Assembly (NCBI GenBank): GCA_910587245.1
Contig: CAJULX010000010.1
Location: 5,069-69,068 of the forward strand
DNA length: 64,000 nucleotides
Direction: 5' to 3'
DNA from: Candidatus Gastranaerophilales bacterium
GTDB lineage: Bacteria; Cyanobacteriota; Vampirovibrionia; Gastranaerophilales; Gastranaerophilaceae
This document shows positions 52,320-62,492 of this stretch, piece after piece. The notes under the pieces are model-generated. The model worked only from the letters and a program-made list of their open reading frames with translations. It was not told where the DNA came from and searched no databases. Positions within the stretch are counted from its first letter, which is position 1; the number at the start of each line of letters is the position of its first letter. The translations under genes were made by a program, and so were the position numbers.

Positions 52320-53402
52320 ATGGCAATTGAAATTAAAAATCCTGAATTAAAAAGATTTTTAAAAGATAAAATAAGTGTTCTTGCGCTTATAGTGCTTGTT
52401 ATTCTTTATATTGCAATATTTTTTGCGGATTTCTTTGCTGTATATGATAAAAATTATTCCAAAAGAAATTTATCATATTCTCCCCCTTCAAATGTTTATT
52501 TTATTGATGAACTCGGGGATTTTACAAGACCGTATACTTATAATTGGAAGCGTGTCTTTAATAAAGATACGTTAAGTATCGAATATAAGCAGGATAGAGA
52601 ACATAAGCGCTATTTAAAATTTTTCTCAAAAGGGTTTGAGTACAAATTTTTAGGGCTTTTTAAATGTTCGCGTCATTTTGTTGGTATTGAAGACGGCGGG
52701 GAATTATATTTGCTCGGGCTTGATATTAACGGGCGTGATAATTTTTCAAGGATTTTATATGGCGGCAGAATTTCTTTAACCATAGGATTTCTGGCGCTTT
52801 TTATATCTTTTCCCATTGGTCTTTTATACGGCGGAATTTCAGGGTATGCAGGCGGTCTGCTTGATAATATTATGATGAGGGTGGCGGAGGCCATAATGTC
52901 TGTTCCCAGTTTTTATTTGTTGATAATTCTTGCGGCGATTTTACCATCCGGCATGACAAGCTCACAAAGATTTGCTTTGATTACGGTTATTCTTGCATTT
53001 ATCGGCTGGGCAGGATTTGCAAGGGTTGTTCGCGGAATGGTTTTATCCATAAAAACACAGGATTATGTTAAATCTGCAGTGGCTGTCGGTTGTTCGAAAT
53101 CAAGAATAATCTTGAAACATATTTTGCCGCAGACATCAAGCTATGTAATTATTGCAATGGCATTATCCGTTCCAAGCTTTATACTGGCTGAATCAGGTTT
53201 GAGTTTTTTGGGGCTCGGTATTCAGCAGCCCGATGCAAGCTGGGGCAATATGTTAAAAGAAGCGCAGGAATTTGCAAATATTATATACCGCCCCTGGCTT
53301 TTAACTCCCGGTTTTTTAATTTTTGTTGCTGTTTTGTCATACAACTTAATAGGCGATACAATAAGGGATATACTTGATCCTAAAAGTAAAATAAAAACTT
53401 AG
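52320..53402 (+). CDS. ABC transporter permease (OppC/DppC type)
   Basis: 360 aa. The EAA-like YVKSAVAVG and the TM layout fit this type. No ATPase or binding-protein gene is adjacent. Confidence 0.9.
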   Translation: MAIEIKNPELKRFLKDKISVLALIVLVILYIAIFFADFFAVYDKNYSKRNLSYSPPSNVYFIDELGDFTRPYTYNWKRVFNKDTLSIEYKQDREHKRYLKFFSKGFEYKFLGLFKCSRHFVGIEDGGELYLLGLDINGRDNFSRILYGGRISLTIGFLALFISFPIGLLYGGISGYAGGLLDNIMMRVAEAIMSVPSFYLLIILAAILPSGMTSSQRFALITVILAFIGWAGFARVVRGMVLSIKTQDYVKSAVAVGCSKSRIILKHILPQTSSYVIIAMALSVPSFILAESGLSFLGLGIQQPDASWGNMLKEAQEFANIIYRPWLLTPGFLIFVAVLSYNLIGDTIRDILDPKSKIKT

Positions 53403-53431
53403 TTTAAATTTGTAATGGAGTTAAAGGTATT

Positions 53432-54157
53432 GTGGATTTTATTCATTTAAATATTAATGATATGTTTGATTTCGAGCTTGCTTTGCTTTTTAGAATAGGT
53501 GCTTCAATTCTTTTTGCGTTTCTTCTTGGTTTGGAACGTGAAATTACCGGAAAATTTGCAGGTCTCAGAACACATATTCTTGTAAGTGCAGGGGCTTGCG
53601 TATTTACGCTTTTATCGATTTATGCATTTAAAATGCAGGTGATAGCGGGCTTTGCAGGTGTGAATGACCCTGCAAGAATTGCTGCTCAAATAATTACAGG
53701 TATAGGTTTTATCGGTGCAGGAACGGTTATGCGCCATGGAAACAATATTTACGGAATTACAACGGCTGCAACTCTTTGGATGTGTGCTGCAATCGGTATG
53801 GCATGCGGTACGGGAATGTTTGATATAGCAGCTGTTGCTACGGTTTTTTCTTTAATTGTACTTGTTCTTGTCAGAAAGTTTGAGAGAAATTTTTTATCAA
53901 GCAAATCTTACGAATCAAAATTAATGGAAATAAAATTAACCGCGCCCATTGTTCATCTTGAAGCAATGAATAGCCTTTTGGATAAAAACTTTAATAAAAT
54001 TCAAAAAATTGAAAGAAAGATAGTTAATGATGAAAAAGGCAGCTATATTGTAATAAAAATGCGTATTCTGGCGGGCTGTCCTTTAAGTGAAGTGAATGAT
54101 ACTTTCCGCGATAAAGAATTTATTGAAAAGCTTGAAATTCAAGAAATTGATGAGTAA
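53432..54157 (+). CDS. mgtC: MgtC/SapB family membrane protein
   Basis: 241 aa, GTG start. It has GLEREITGKFAGLRTHILV and ITGIGFIGAG. Confidence 0.85.
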   Translation: MDFIHLNINDMFDFELALLFRIGASILFAFLLGLEREITGKFAGLRTHILVSAGACVFTLLSIYAFKMQVIAGFAGVNDPARIAAQIITGIGFIGAGTVMRHGNNIYGITTAATLWMCAAIGMACGTGMFDIAAVATVFSLIVLVLVRKFERNFLSSKSYESKLMEIKLTAPIVHLEAMNSLLDKNFNKIQKIERKIVNDEKGSYIVIKMRILAGCPLSEVNDTFRDKEFIEKLEIQEIDE

Positions 54158-54241
54158 AAATTTTATTTCAATTTGTAAATACTGTACTTAAAATTTTGCT
54201 TGTGTTATTGTTTAATTGTAAAGATATATAATGGAAGCAAA

Positions 54242-56770
54242 ATGAGAGTTCACGAACTTGCTAAAGAACTGAATGTCAGCGCTAAAGAATTAATGGAAAC
54301 AGCCAAAGAGAAACTCGGGATTGTTTTTAAATCTCATAGTGTAGCTGTTTCACAGGGTAATATTGATAATATACGTGCTTTATATGTTAAGCCCGAAGAA
54401 AAGAAGGCTAAGCCTAAGGCTTTTATTGTGAAAAAAGCAAAGGTTGAAAAAACCGAAGAAGCTCCTAAAGCCGAGGAGGTACAAGATACTCCGAAGATTA
54501 CCGTTACGAAAGTTGTAAAAACCAGCACCGAAAAACCAAAACCTCCAGTGGTTGAACCCTCTGTTAAAGAAAGACCAAAACTTGAAATTGTACGTCCTGC
54601 GCCAAAGCAGCAGGATGGTTCTGCTCCACAGGCTTCTGTCCGTCCTGCGCACAGGGAGCCTGCAAACAGAATTCCCGATATTGCTTCTCTGACACGTAAA
54701 AATTTTGGTAAACCTGCAGCAAAGGATGAAAAAACTTCTAAGGATGGTGCTAAATCAAAAGATAAAGCACAGACTAAACCAAATGCAGATAATCAGGCTC
54801 AAAAAACTCCTATAAAAAGACATATTATTTCGCCTGATATGTATGCTAATCAAGATTTCAGAAACAAAAAGAAGAAAAAAGAAAAAAATTATAAAAACAA
54901 GGAAGAAGAACAGGAAAGAATAAGTCTTGAAAAGGCTGTGCAATCTAAGCATAAAAAACATGTTCAGGAAGTCGAGTCCCTTGAAGAAGTAAAACAGGTT
55001 GTAATAAACAGACCCATGACCGTTGGGGAACTTGCAGATAAAATTAGAAAATCTCCGGCGGAAATTATTAAATTCTTAATGATGGAAAAAATCATGGTGA
55101 CTGTAAATTCACCTATAGATATTGACACAGCCAAAAGAGCGGCTATAAATTTTGAAATTGAACCTTTGGATGAGGATATTGAGGCATTTATTCAGGAAGA
55201 AACAGAAAAAGAAGAAAAGAACAAAATCCTTCTTGAAGCTGATGAAAAATCTATTATTAAAAGGGCGCCTGTTGTTACTATTATGGGGCATGTTGACCAT
55301 GGTAAAACAACCCTTCTGGATAGCATCCGTGCTTCAAAGCACAAAATTGTTTCAACGGAAGTCGGCGGAATTACCCAGAGTATCGGTGCTTATACTGTTT
55401 GGCAGGGTGATAAAAAGATTGTATTTATTGACACACCCGGTCACGAAGCATTTACTCAAATGCGTGCAAGAGGTGCAAAGTCTACCGATATTGCTATTCT
55501 TGTAGTTGCGGCAGATGACGGTGTTATGCCGCAGACGATTGAAGCTATTAATCACGCAAAATCAGCAAATGTACCGATTATTGTGGCTGTGAATAAGATG
55601 GATAAGCCCGATGCAGACCCTGATAAAGTATTGCAGCAAATGACGGAATACGGTCTTGTGCCGGAAGCTTGGGGTGGAGATACAATCTGTGTTAAAGTTT
55701 CAGCTATTCAGGGCAAAGGTATTGATGAACTTTTAGAATATATTTTGCTTGTTGCTGAAATGCAGGAATTAAAGGCCGTTAAGGATTGTCCCGGAATGGG
55801 TGTTATAATTGAAGCCAATCTTGATAAAGGTAAAGGGCCTGTGGCTACGATGCTTGTTCAAAACGGTATTTTAAATGTCGGTGATTCAATTGTTGTGGGT
55901 ACCGTAGGCGGTAAAGTCCGCGCTTTGCTTGATGATTCAGGGCAAAGAGTGAAATCCGCAGGACCGTCAACTCCTGTTGAAATTTTAGGATTAAATGAAG
56001 TTCCTCAGGCTGGTGATGCTTTTGAAGTTGTGCAAAATGAGCGCGTTATGAAGCAGATTGTAAATGAAAGAAAGCAACGCGAAAGAGTTAGCAGACTTGA
56101 AGCTATGGCTGTTTCTCATGTTAAAAAGGAAACGCTTGCAAATGATGAAATTAAAAATCTTAATTTAATCATCAAAGCCAATACAAACGGTTCTGCTGAA
56201 GCAGTTTCACAGGCTATTCAGAATGTTAAATCAACCGAGGTTATCCCGAAAATTATGCACGTTGGTGTCGGGGATATCTCAGAAGCCGATGTAATGCTTG
56301 CTTCCGCAAGTGATGCAATAATTCTCGGTTTTAGCGTTAAAGAAGATGCAAATGCTCTTGCTGCAGCTGAAAGAGAACTTGTTCAAATCAAAAAATACGA
56401 CATTATTTATCAAGTTCTGGAAGATGTTGAAAAAACCATGCTTTCTCTATTGGAGCCCGAAATTCAGGAAGTAGAACTCGGTACGGCGGAAGTAAGGCAG
56501 ATTTTTACATTCGGAAAAACCGGCAAAATTGCAGGTTGTTATGTAACTGAAGGTAAAATTGTGCGTTCCAAAACAGCTGTGGTTAAAAGAGGCGGAGTTG
56601 AAATTTACAAAGGCGAGATTAATCAGCTGAAACGCTTTAAAGACGATGTTAAAGAAGTTGCGCAGGGTTTTGAATGCGGTATTTCATTTGCAAAATTCAA
56701 CGACCTTCAAGAAGGCGATATAATTGAGGTTTCAACAACAAAAGAAATTGAAAGAAGTTCGCTCGTTTAA
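54242..56770 (+). CDS. infB: translation initiation factor IF-2
   Basis: ATG 54242 ([10 protein letters not shown]) starts the protein. It has a Lys/Pro-rich linker and the GTPase motifs [14 protein letters not shown] and NKMD. Confidence 0.95.
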   Translation: MRVHELAKELNVSAKELMETAKEKLGIVFKSHSVAVSQGNIDNIRALYVKPEEKKAKPKAFIVKKAKVEKTEEAPKAEEVQDTPKITVTKVVKTSTEKPKPPVVEPSVKERPKLEIVRPAPKQQDGSAPQASVRPAHREPANRIPDIASLTRKNFGKPAAKDEKTSKDGAKSKDKAQTKPNADNQAQKTPIKRHIISPDMYANQDFRNKKKKKEKNYKNKEEEQERISLEKAVQSKHKKHVQEVESLEEVKQVVINRPMTVGELADKIRKSPAEIIKFLMMEKIMVTVNSPIDIDTAKRAAINFEIEPLDEDIEAFIQEETEKEEKNKILLEADEKSIIKRAPVVTIMGHVDHGKTTLLDSIRASKHKIVSTEVGGITQSIGAYTVWQGDKKIVFIDTPGHEAFTQMRARGAKSTDIAILVVAADDGVMPQTIEAINHAKSANVPIIVAVNKMDKPDADPDKVLQQMTEYGLVPEAWGGDTICVKVSAIQGKGIDELLEYILLVAEMQELKAVKDCPGMGVIIEANLDKGKGPVATMLVQNGILNVGDSIVVGTVGGKVRALLDDSGQRVKSAGPSTPVEILGLNEVPQAGDAFEVVQNERVMKQIVNERKQRERVSRLEAMAVSHVKKETLANDEIKNLNLIIKANTNGSAEAVSQAIQNVKSTEVIPKIMHVGVGDISEADVMLASASDAIILGFSVKEDANALAAAERELVQIKKYDIIYQVLEDVEKTMLSLLEPEIQEVELGTAEVRQIFTFGKTGKIAGCYVTEGKIVRSKTAVVKRGGVEIYKGEINQLKRFKDDVKEVAQGFECGISFAKFNDLQEGDIIEVSTTKEIERSSLV

Positions 56771-56786
56771 TGTAAGGAAGATTATC

Positions 56787-57140
56787 ATGACACTTAGAAA
56801 TGAAAAAGTTAGAAAAGCTCTCATGAGAGAAATTTCTGATATTTTATTCCGTGAAGTTAAAAATCCCCATATCACAGGAATTGTTTCTATCACTGATGTT
56901 GAAGTATCTCATGATAATTCTTATGCTAAAGTTTTTTATAGCGTAATGGCGGATGATGAGGATAAAAAGAAAGAAACCGTTGAAGCGCTCAAAACCGTGA
57001 CTCCAAAAATCCGATATGAAGTTGGAAAACGTATCAGGCTTAGAAAAACGCCTGAGTTGAATTTTATTCTGGATGAATCTTTGGAAAGAGGTTTTAGAAT
57101 CACTAAATTAATTGACCAAATTTCTAAAGGTGAGATTTAG
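56787..57140 (+). CDS. rbfA: ribosome-binding factor A
   Basis: ATG 56787 follows an AAGGAAG RBS. RKALMREISDIL...ITDVEVSHD is present. Confidence 0.9.
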   Translation: MTLRNEKVRKALMREISDILFREVKNPHITGIVSITDVEVSHDNSYAKVFYSVMADDEDKKKETVEALKTVTPKIRYEVGKRIRLRKTPELNFILDESLERGFRITKLIDQISKGEI

Positions 57141-57164
57141 AATTGTTAAAAGGTTAATATTTGT

Positions 57165-58112
57165 ATGCCTGAACGAGATTTTTCCGATAACAAAAAAGAA
57201 TTCACCGATAATAGTGATGTTTTTTGTTTTTTAAATATATATAAACCCCGTGGAATTACCTCATTTGATGTTATTTATAAACTCAGGAAGCATCTTAAAA
57301 TTAAAAAAATCGGACATTCGGGTACGCTTGACCCTGAGGCGGAAGGTGTTATGCAGGTTGGAGTTGGCAAAGCTACCAGGCTTTTAGATTATCTGTGCTC
57401 GGATAAAAGGTATATCGCAAAAATCAGGTTTGGATATTTTTCTTCAACCGGTGATGCGGAAGGCGAAGTAACACCATTTAATACTCCGAAATTCACAGAG
57501 GATGAACTTTTGGTTGCAATGAATTCTATGATAGGAAAGATAGAACAAATTCCTCCTGCGTATAGTGCCATAAAAGTGGGCGGCAAAAAGCTTTGTGACC
57601 TTGCAAGAAAAAATAAACTTGAAGGTGTTGAAATTCCAAAAAGAGTGATTGAGATTTATGATGCAAAATTATTAACTTTTGTAACAGACTCACATCCCGA
57701 TATTCCTATGAAGCAAATTCCTTATGAGGCTGAAATTGAAATCTTCTGTTCAAAAGGTACTTATATTCGCTCTTTTGCTGTAGATTTGGCGGAAAAACTA
57801 GGTACATGTGCTTATTTGACTTCTCTTATTCGTACTGCTGCCGGAAAATTTAATATCAAAGATTCAATTCAAACGGATGCAGTTTTGCTTGATAAGCATG
57901 GCGTGGAACCTTCTAAAGCATTGAATTTGCCTGAATATATACTAAATGAATCAGAGTATCTTAAAGTTCTTAACGGTGTATCATTTCTTTCAAGGTATAC
58001 TATATCTGAAAATACGACATTAATGCTTATTTATAAAAATCATCTTGTATCAATTGCAGTTTTATCGGATAATATGATTGTATGCAAAAAGGTTTTTAAA
58101 CAGCACGTTTAA
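57165..58112 (+). CDS. truB: tRNA pseudouridine(55) synthase
   Basis: 315 aa with GHSGTLDPEAEGV (catalytic Asp) and PPAYSAIKVGG. Confidence 0.9.
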   Translation: MPERDFSDNKKEFTDNSDVFCFLNIYKPRGITSFDVIYKLRKHLKIKKIGHSGTLDPEAEGVMQVGVGKATRLLDYLCSDKRYIAKIRFGYFSSTGDAEGEVTPFNTPKFTEDELLVAMNSMIGKIEQIPPAYSAIKVGGKKLCDLARKNKLEGVEIPKRVIEIYDAKLLTFVTDSHPDIPMKQIPYEAEIEIFCSKGTYIRSFAVDLAEKLGTCAYLTSLIRTAAGKFNIKDSIQTDAVLLDKHGVEPSKALNLPEYILNESEYLKVLNGVSFLSRYTISENTTLMLIYKNHLVSIAVLSDNMIVCKKVFKQHV

Positions 58113-58141
58113 GATTTAAAAAGCGTTATACAGAGGGAAAT

Positions 58142-58711
58142 ATGGGTATTTTTATAAGAACTTTAATTGTAACCGTTATTTTTTGTTTAGGGTATTTTGC
58201 GTGGGTTTATTTTTCAAAAGAGGCTTTCAGCCCTGAACTGCAAATAACGGGTGAAGCTAAAAATGTTGTGGTTCAAGATAAGACACCTGAAGAAACCTCT
58301 GAAACCGAAAATAAAATGAAAGATATAAAAATTGCTTTTTTAACAGGTGAGAATACCGTTGAATATGTTTCAAGAAAAGCAAAAAATAAAACCTTATACA
58401 GTGCCTTGGGCTTGCTTTTAAAAGGACCAAGCGAAGAAGAAAAAGCTCATGGAATTTTTACTGAAATTCCCTCAAATGCGCGTCTTATCTCTGTTAAGAA
58501 AGATGAAGCCGATAATTCCATAATTATTAATTTGACTCAAGAATTTGGTGAGGGCGGCGGTACACAGTCAATTCAGGCCAGACTGGATCAAATTGTTAAG
58601 ACTGTAAATGCTAATGCAGGACACATTCCCGTTTACCTTTATTTGGATGGTAAAAAGGCGCAATATCTCGGAGGAGAAGGGATTTATATTGAGCAGCCTA
58701 TAAACAGATAA
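58142..58711 (+). CDS. GerMN-domain protein
   Basis: 189 aa with an N-terminal TM segment. LLLKGPSEEEKAHGIFTEIP...INLTQEF is the GerMN pattern. Confidence 0.65.
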   Translation: MGIFIRTLIVTVIFCLGYFAWVYFSKEAFSPELQITGEAKNVVVQDKTPEETSETENKMKDIKIAFLTGENTVEYVSRKAKNKTLYSALGLLLKGPSEEEKAHGIFTEIPSNARLISVKKDEADNSIIINLTQEFGEGGGTQSIQARLDQIVKTVNANAGHIPVYLYLDGKKAQYLGGEGIYIEQPINR

Positions 58712-58826
58712 TTCTAAATATCAAATCCGGGTTCAAATTTGATATTTATATTTAAATGTGATATTATTTTAATGTTTTAAGTTGTTTATATCATTATATA
58801 GTTGTTTTATCGTAAAAAGGTTACCA

Positions 58827-58928
58827 ATGAAAAAAAACTTGCGGTGTTCTATGCAAAGATTTCCGTTTTTTAACGCAGTTAAAAAAAGCCTGCCCAACCG
58901 GGTAATATCAAGTTGCGCTGTTTTATGA
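58827..58928 (+). pseudogene. possible decayed 5' fragment of a second pilin-like expression site
   Basis: It is preceded by AGTTGTTTTATCGTAAA (58800-58816), identical to 62881-62897 upstream of the intact gene. It has the same AAGGTTAC...ATGAAAAAA start context, a 33-codon ORF and a hydrophobic NLIVGAILI stretch in another frame. Confidence 0.3.
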
Positions 58929-58984
58929 TGAACTTAATCGTAGGCGCAATTTTGATTGAGCAGATTTAAGATAAACAATTTCTC

Positions 58985-59017
58985 GAGGTGATTTTTATTA
59001 AAAGCACCTCTTTTTTT
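58985..59017 (+). terminator. intrinsic terminator
   Basis: GAGGTG-N14-CACCTC followed by TTTTTTT. Confidence 0.6.
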
Positions 59018-59155
59018 AAATAAAATTTATAACTATTATATTTTACAATACTTTTTTATTTGCGCACAGTACATTTTAAGTATAAAACTTGAAATTTACA
59101 CTGCATAATTTTTTATTGAGCACTTAATATGAAGGGTATATTTTGCTTATTTTTT

Positions 59156-59422
59156 CTAAAGCCAAAACATATTGCGAACTGAACCAAAGTGCGTGTTTGT
59201 GTTGCTGCCGTCTGTCCACGTGGTAGCGCAGAACCTGCTCCAATACCATCCGCCTCCATTCAAGTAGTAAGCTGTATATGCCTTACCACCGTCTGTGCAG
59301 TTAGTGGTGTCGGTATAGGCCGTAGAAGACCATACGTGGTACGGGTTCCAAGCCTGCTTACTTGCGCTGATACCCTGGTTCGGACAGTGCGGCGTACCGC
59401 TCACGCTGGAGTTGTTACACAA
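59156..59422 (-). other. silent C-terminal cassette C1 (lectin-fold variable module)
   Basis: Encodes CNNSSVSGTPHCPNQGISASKQAWNPYHVWSST...FGSVR. There is no ATG (only a TTG), and no RBS or N-terminal pilin part. A 1-nt insertion before the 3' box changes CCFGF to NMFWL. Confidence 0.85.
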
Positions 59423-59478
59423 GTAATTGAGAGATTTCTTGTCTTTTATAATAAATTTTTCATTAAAAAGAAAACTTA

Positions 59479-59564
59479 AGCAATTTTTTGCTATCTCCCG
59501 ACGGGTTAGAAAAGTGCCTTAAATCTGTCTGTGCTCGTAAGCGCAAACACTCTTTTAAAGGCAC
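59479..59564 (-). repeat. inter-cassette structured element E1 (unclassified; candidate RNA or ssDNA fold)
   Basis: Minus-sense structure: P1 GUGCCUU/AAGGCAC, P2 GUUUGCGC-UUACGA-GCACAGAC, the 18-mer AACCCGUCGGGAGAUAGC, and P3 AGCAA/UUGCU. Confidence 0.6.
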
Positions 59565-59617
59565 TTTTAAAAAAGCAAAATATACTATAAAAATATAACA
59601 TAAAAAGAAACTTATTT

Positions 59618-59878
59618 TTATTCAAAGCCAAAACGACAACGAACTGAACCAAAGTGTGTCCAGCCATCAGTTTTCGTGGTAGCGCAGAACCAATTGACCG
59701 CCCAGGTGGTACCATCCAGATAGTGAGTCCTGTAAGCCGCCCCGCTGTCCGCGCAGTTACTGTGTGTATAGGGCGTAGAAGACCATACGTGGTACGGGTG
59801 GTGATTCTGCTTACTTGCGCTGATATACTGGTACGGACAGTGTGGTGTCGAGACATTTGTATTTTTGCCTCTAAAATT
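59618..59878 (-). other. silent C-terminal cassette C2
   Basis: The open frame has no Met: NVSTPHCPYQYISASKQNHHPYHVWSSTPYTHSNCADSG...THFGSVRCRFGFE. The ORF track only shows an out-of-frame ORF here. Confidence 0.85.
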
Positions 59879-59933
59879 TTAAGAAGAATTTTTTATTTTT
59901 CGTTAAATTTTTTAACAAAAAACCTTTATTTTA

Positions 59934-60019
59934 AGCAATCTTAATAAAAATTGCTATCTTCTGACGGGTTGAATCCCTTATCTGTCTGTATCCTTAAATA
60001 CAGACACTCTATTAGGGAT
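59934..60019 (-). repeat. inter-cassette structured element E2
   Basis: P1 AUCCCU/AGGGAU, P2 GUCUGUAU-UUAAGG-AUACAGAC, AACCCGUCAGAAGAUAGC, and P3 AGCAAU/AUUGCU. Confidence 0.6.
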
Positions 60020-60051
60020 AAAGTTTCTTTTTTTAAGATATAAACCTTTTT

Positions 60052-60285
60052 AAAGCCAAAACAACAACGAACTGACCCAAAGTGCGTGTAGCCATTGCTT
60101 GCCCACGTGGTAGCGCAGAACCCATTGATAGCCCAGCTCGTACCATCTAAGTACCAAGCGTAGTAAGCCTTACCGCTGTCCGTACAGTTACTGCTTGTAA
60201 AGGCCGTAGAAGACCATATATGGTTCGGGTGCTGATTCTGCTTACTTGCGCTGATACCCTGAGCCGGACAGTAAGATGTTGCATT
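60052..60285 (-). other. silent C-terminal cassette C3
   Basis: An in-frame TAA at 60286-60288 is followed by NATSYCPAQGISASKQNQHPNHIWSST...THFGSVRCCFGF. There is no Met. The frame stays open through the downstream element to 59941. Confidence 0.85.
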
Positions 60286-60344
60286 TTAAAAGAAGAATTC
60301 TTTTTTGGCAGGTAAAATTATTCACCTGTCAAACTATAATATTA

Positions 60345-60452
60345 AGCTGTAAAATCTCTTATAATTTTAATTTTACTGCTATCTTCCGACGGGTTAAAAA
60401 GCTCATAAATCTGCTGTTATCCTTAAATAACAGCACTCTTTTAAAATGAGCT
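60345..60452 (-). repeat. inter-cassette structured element E3
   Basis: P1 AGCUCAU/AUGAGCU, P2 GCUGUUAU-UUAAGG-AUAACAGC, AACCCGUCGGAAGAUAGC, and P3 AGCAGUAAAAU/AUUUUACAGCU. Confidence 0.6.
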
Positions 60453-60508
60453 TATAGGTTTATTTTGTATTAATTGCTTTTTACAATAAGTTATTTAGTT
60501 TTCAATTT

Positions 60509-60814
60509 TCATATTTTGTGAAACATATTTTCTTCAAAGCCAAAACTACAACGAACTGATCCAAAGTTTGTGTAGCCATTTGTATGCGTGGTAGCGCAGA
60601 ATCCGCCCAAACTCCAGCTCGTACCATTTAAGTTCCAAGCGTAGTAAGCCTTACCGCTGTCCGTACAGTTAGAAGTAGACCAACTATTTGTATAGGCCGT
60701 AGAAGTCCATATGTAGTTCGGATACTGGGCCTGCTTACTTGCGCTGATAAGCTGATGCGGACTGCTTTTACAGATTATAAAAGCTACACGGAAGAATTTT
60801 TCATTATTCTGCAA
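60509..60814 (-). other. silent C-terminal cassette C4 (homology 60536-60772)
   Basis: Encodes CKSSPHQLISASKQAQYPNYIWTST...NFGSVRCSFGF. It lacks about 8 codons (SVSGTPHC) of the 5' box. It shares 33 identical nt with the expressed gene. Confidence 0.85.
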
Positions 60815-60855
60815 ATTCTTTGCAAATTAATGTTCCTGAATTTTTAAGAATATTA

Positions 60856-60931
60856 AGCAATTTTTGCTATCCTCCGACGGGTTGAAGTTCCTTTACCTGC
60901 CTGTACCCGTAAGTACAAAACACTCAAAAGG
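60856..60931 (-). repeat. inter-cassette structured element E4
   Basis: P1 CCUUU/AAAGG, P2 UUUGUAC-UUACGG-GUACAGG (two G-U pairs in minus sense only), AACCCGUCGGAGGAUAGC, and P3 AGCAA/UUGCU. Confidence 0.6.
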
Positions 60932-60950
60932 CATGCTTCACATTTTGAAA

Positions 60951-61256
60951 TTAAGGCGACCTTATAAAGCCAAAACAACAACGAACTGACCCAAAGTGCG
61001 TGTAGCCGGGTTCCGTAGGGTGTGTGCTCACGATTGTGGTAGCGCAGAACCCGCCCAGAACCATGCTTGTACCATTCAAGCCGTAAGTGCGGTATGTTGT
61101 ACCGCCTGTGCAATTGGCAGTGTCAGTATAGGTCGTAGAAGTCCATATGTGGCTCGGCCACTGACTCTGCTTACTTGCGCTTATGTTCTGTGCCGGACAG
61201 TATGGTACACCGCTCACGATAGTGTGGCTACACCCACTTTGCGGAAGAATTTTTTT
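60951..61256 (-). other. silent C-terminal cassette C5
   Basis: Encodes GCSHTIVSGVPYCPAQNISASKQSQWPSHIWTSTTYTDTANCTGGTTYRT...HFGSVRCCFGF. It is the closest match to the variable part of the expressed gene. Confidence 0.85.
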
Positions 61257-61298
61257 TCATGACGGAAAATTTTTCCCGACCCAATTTTGCAATTATTA

Positions 61299-61385
61299 AG
61301 CAAATCTTTTTTGCTATCTTCCGACGGGTTATAAGGCGCTTGAATCTGTTTGTATCCTTAAATACAAACACTCCTTCATTTTGCC
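61299..61385 (-). repeat. inter-cassette structured element E5
   Basis: Split P1 (GGC..GAA / UUC..GCC), P2 GUUUGUAU-UUAAGG-AUACAAAC, AACCCGUCGGAAGAUAGC, and P3 AGCAAA/UUUGCU. Confidence 0.55.
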
Positions 61386-61395
61386 CTTTTATTCT

Positions 61396-61665
61396 AAAGC
61401 CAAAACGAAAACGAACTGAACCAAAGGTCGTGTAGCCTGGTGCTGTTGCGTTCGTGCTCGCATATGTGGTATCGCAGAACCAACCAAGCTTCATACTTGA
61501 GCCGTCCAGATACCAGATATGGTACGTAAGACCGCCACCACTACACTTGCTCGTGTCAATATAAGTCGTAGAAGACCATAAGTGGTTCGGGTACTGACGC
61601 TGCTTACTTGCGCTGATACCCTGTGACGGACAGTACGGTACATTGCCTGCACTAAGCTGTCGCAC
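61396..61665 (-). other. silent C-terminal cassette C6 (5'-truncated, abuts C7)
   Basis: Encodes NVPYCPSQGISASKQRQYPNHLWSST...TFGSVRFRFGF. It starts 15 nt after the C7 stop and has no leader element. The track ORF runs on through element E5. Confidence 0.8.
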
Positions 61666-61680
61666 TTTATACCGCCTTTG

Positions 61681-62028
61681 CTACTTTTTTATTCTAAAGC
61701 CAAAACAACAACGAACTGATCCAAAGTGCGTGTTGCCATTTGTGTTCGTGGTAGCGCAGAACCCATTGAGTGCCCAGCTCGTACCGTCTAAGCGCCAAGC
61801 GTAGTAAGCCTTACCGCTGTCCGTACAATTACTTGATGTATAGGCCGTAGAAGACCATATGTGGTTCGGGTACTGATTCTGCTTACTTGCGCTCGGCCAC
61901 TGTGCCGGACAGTACGGTATACCGCTCACGCTAGAGTAGCTACACCAGCTCATTTTAGAAGAATTTTCCTTCAAACCGATGAAATTTTCATCAGCTGAAG
62001 TTCCTGAATTTTCAAGAATATTAAGCAT
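61681..62028 (-). other. silent C-terminal cassette C7 (homology 61681-61947)
   Basis: Encodes WCSYSSVSGIPYCPAQWPSASKQNQYPNHIWSST...HFGSVRCCFGFRIKK. The core site is altered (GCTCGGCCAC instead of GCTGATACCC). Confidence 0.85.
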
Positions 62029-62121
62029 TTTTATGATTTACAAAAACTGCTATCTTCTGACGGGTTAGAATATACCTGAATGTCTGCCTGCGCCCTTGAG
62101 CACAGGCACTCTTTTTTCAGG
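62024..62121 (-). repeat. inter-cassette structured element E6
   Basis: P1 CCUGAA/UUCAGG, P2 GCCUGUGC-UCAAGG-GCGCAGGC (G-U in minus sense only), AACCCGUCAGAAGAUAGC, and P3 AGCAGUUUUU/AAAAAUGCU. Confidence 0.6.
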
Positions 62122-62270
62122 CTGATTTTTTTTAATTTTTTAGAAAAGTTTGGAAAAAAGTTAAGTTTTTATCGCTTTTTTATCTCCTCCTTTTTGTTAC
62201 AAAACTACATACAAGTCTGAATTTTTAGTTTTAACTCAACATGGCAAGAACTTTTTGTCTTTATAAAACT

Positions 62271-62492
62271 TTATCTTCCAAAGCCAAAACTACAACGAAC
62301 TGACCCATACTGCGTGTAGCCGGGTGCAGGTGTATACGTGCTCGCAAGCGTGGTAGCGCAGAACCCGCCTGCACCCCAGCTGGTACCATTCAAGCCGTAA
62401 GCGCGGTAAGCCGCGCTGCCTGTACAAACCTCCGTACTATAGGTCGTAGAAGTCCATACGTGGGCCAGGTGCTGTTTTTGTTTTTCCTCCAA
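62271..62492 (-). other. silent C-terminal cassette C8 (5' box degenerate)
   Basis: Encodes EEKQKQHLAHVWTSTTYSTEVCTGSAAYRAYGLNG...QYGSVRCSFGFGR. The ISASKQ core has been replaced. Confidence 0.8.

Noticed and set aside
59189-61262. Plus-strand ORFs 59189..59479, 59654..59944 and 60996..61262, and minus-strand ORFs 59506..59856, 60853..61113 and 62390..62638
   Set aside because: They are antisense or out of frame relative to the conserved cassette frame. They are Arg/Cys/Val-rich, as expected from reading GC-rich DNA in the wrong frame, and they are not conserved between units.
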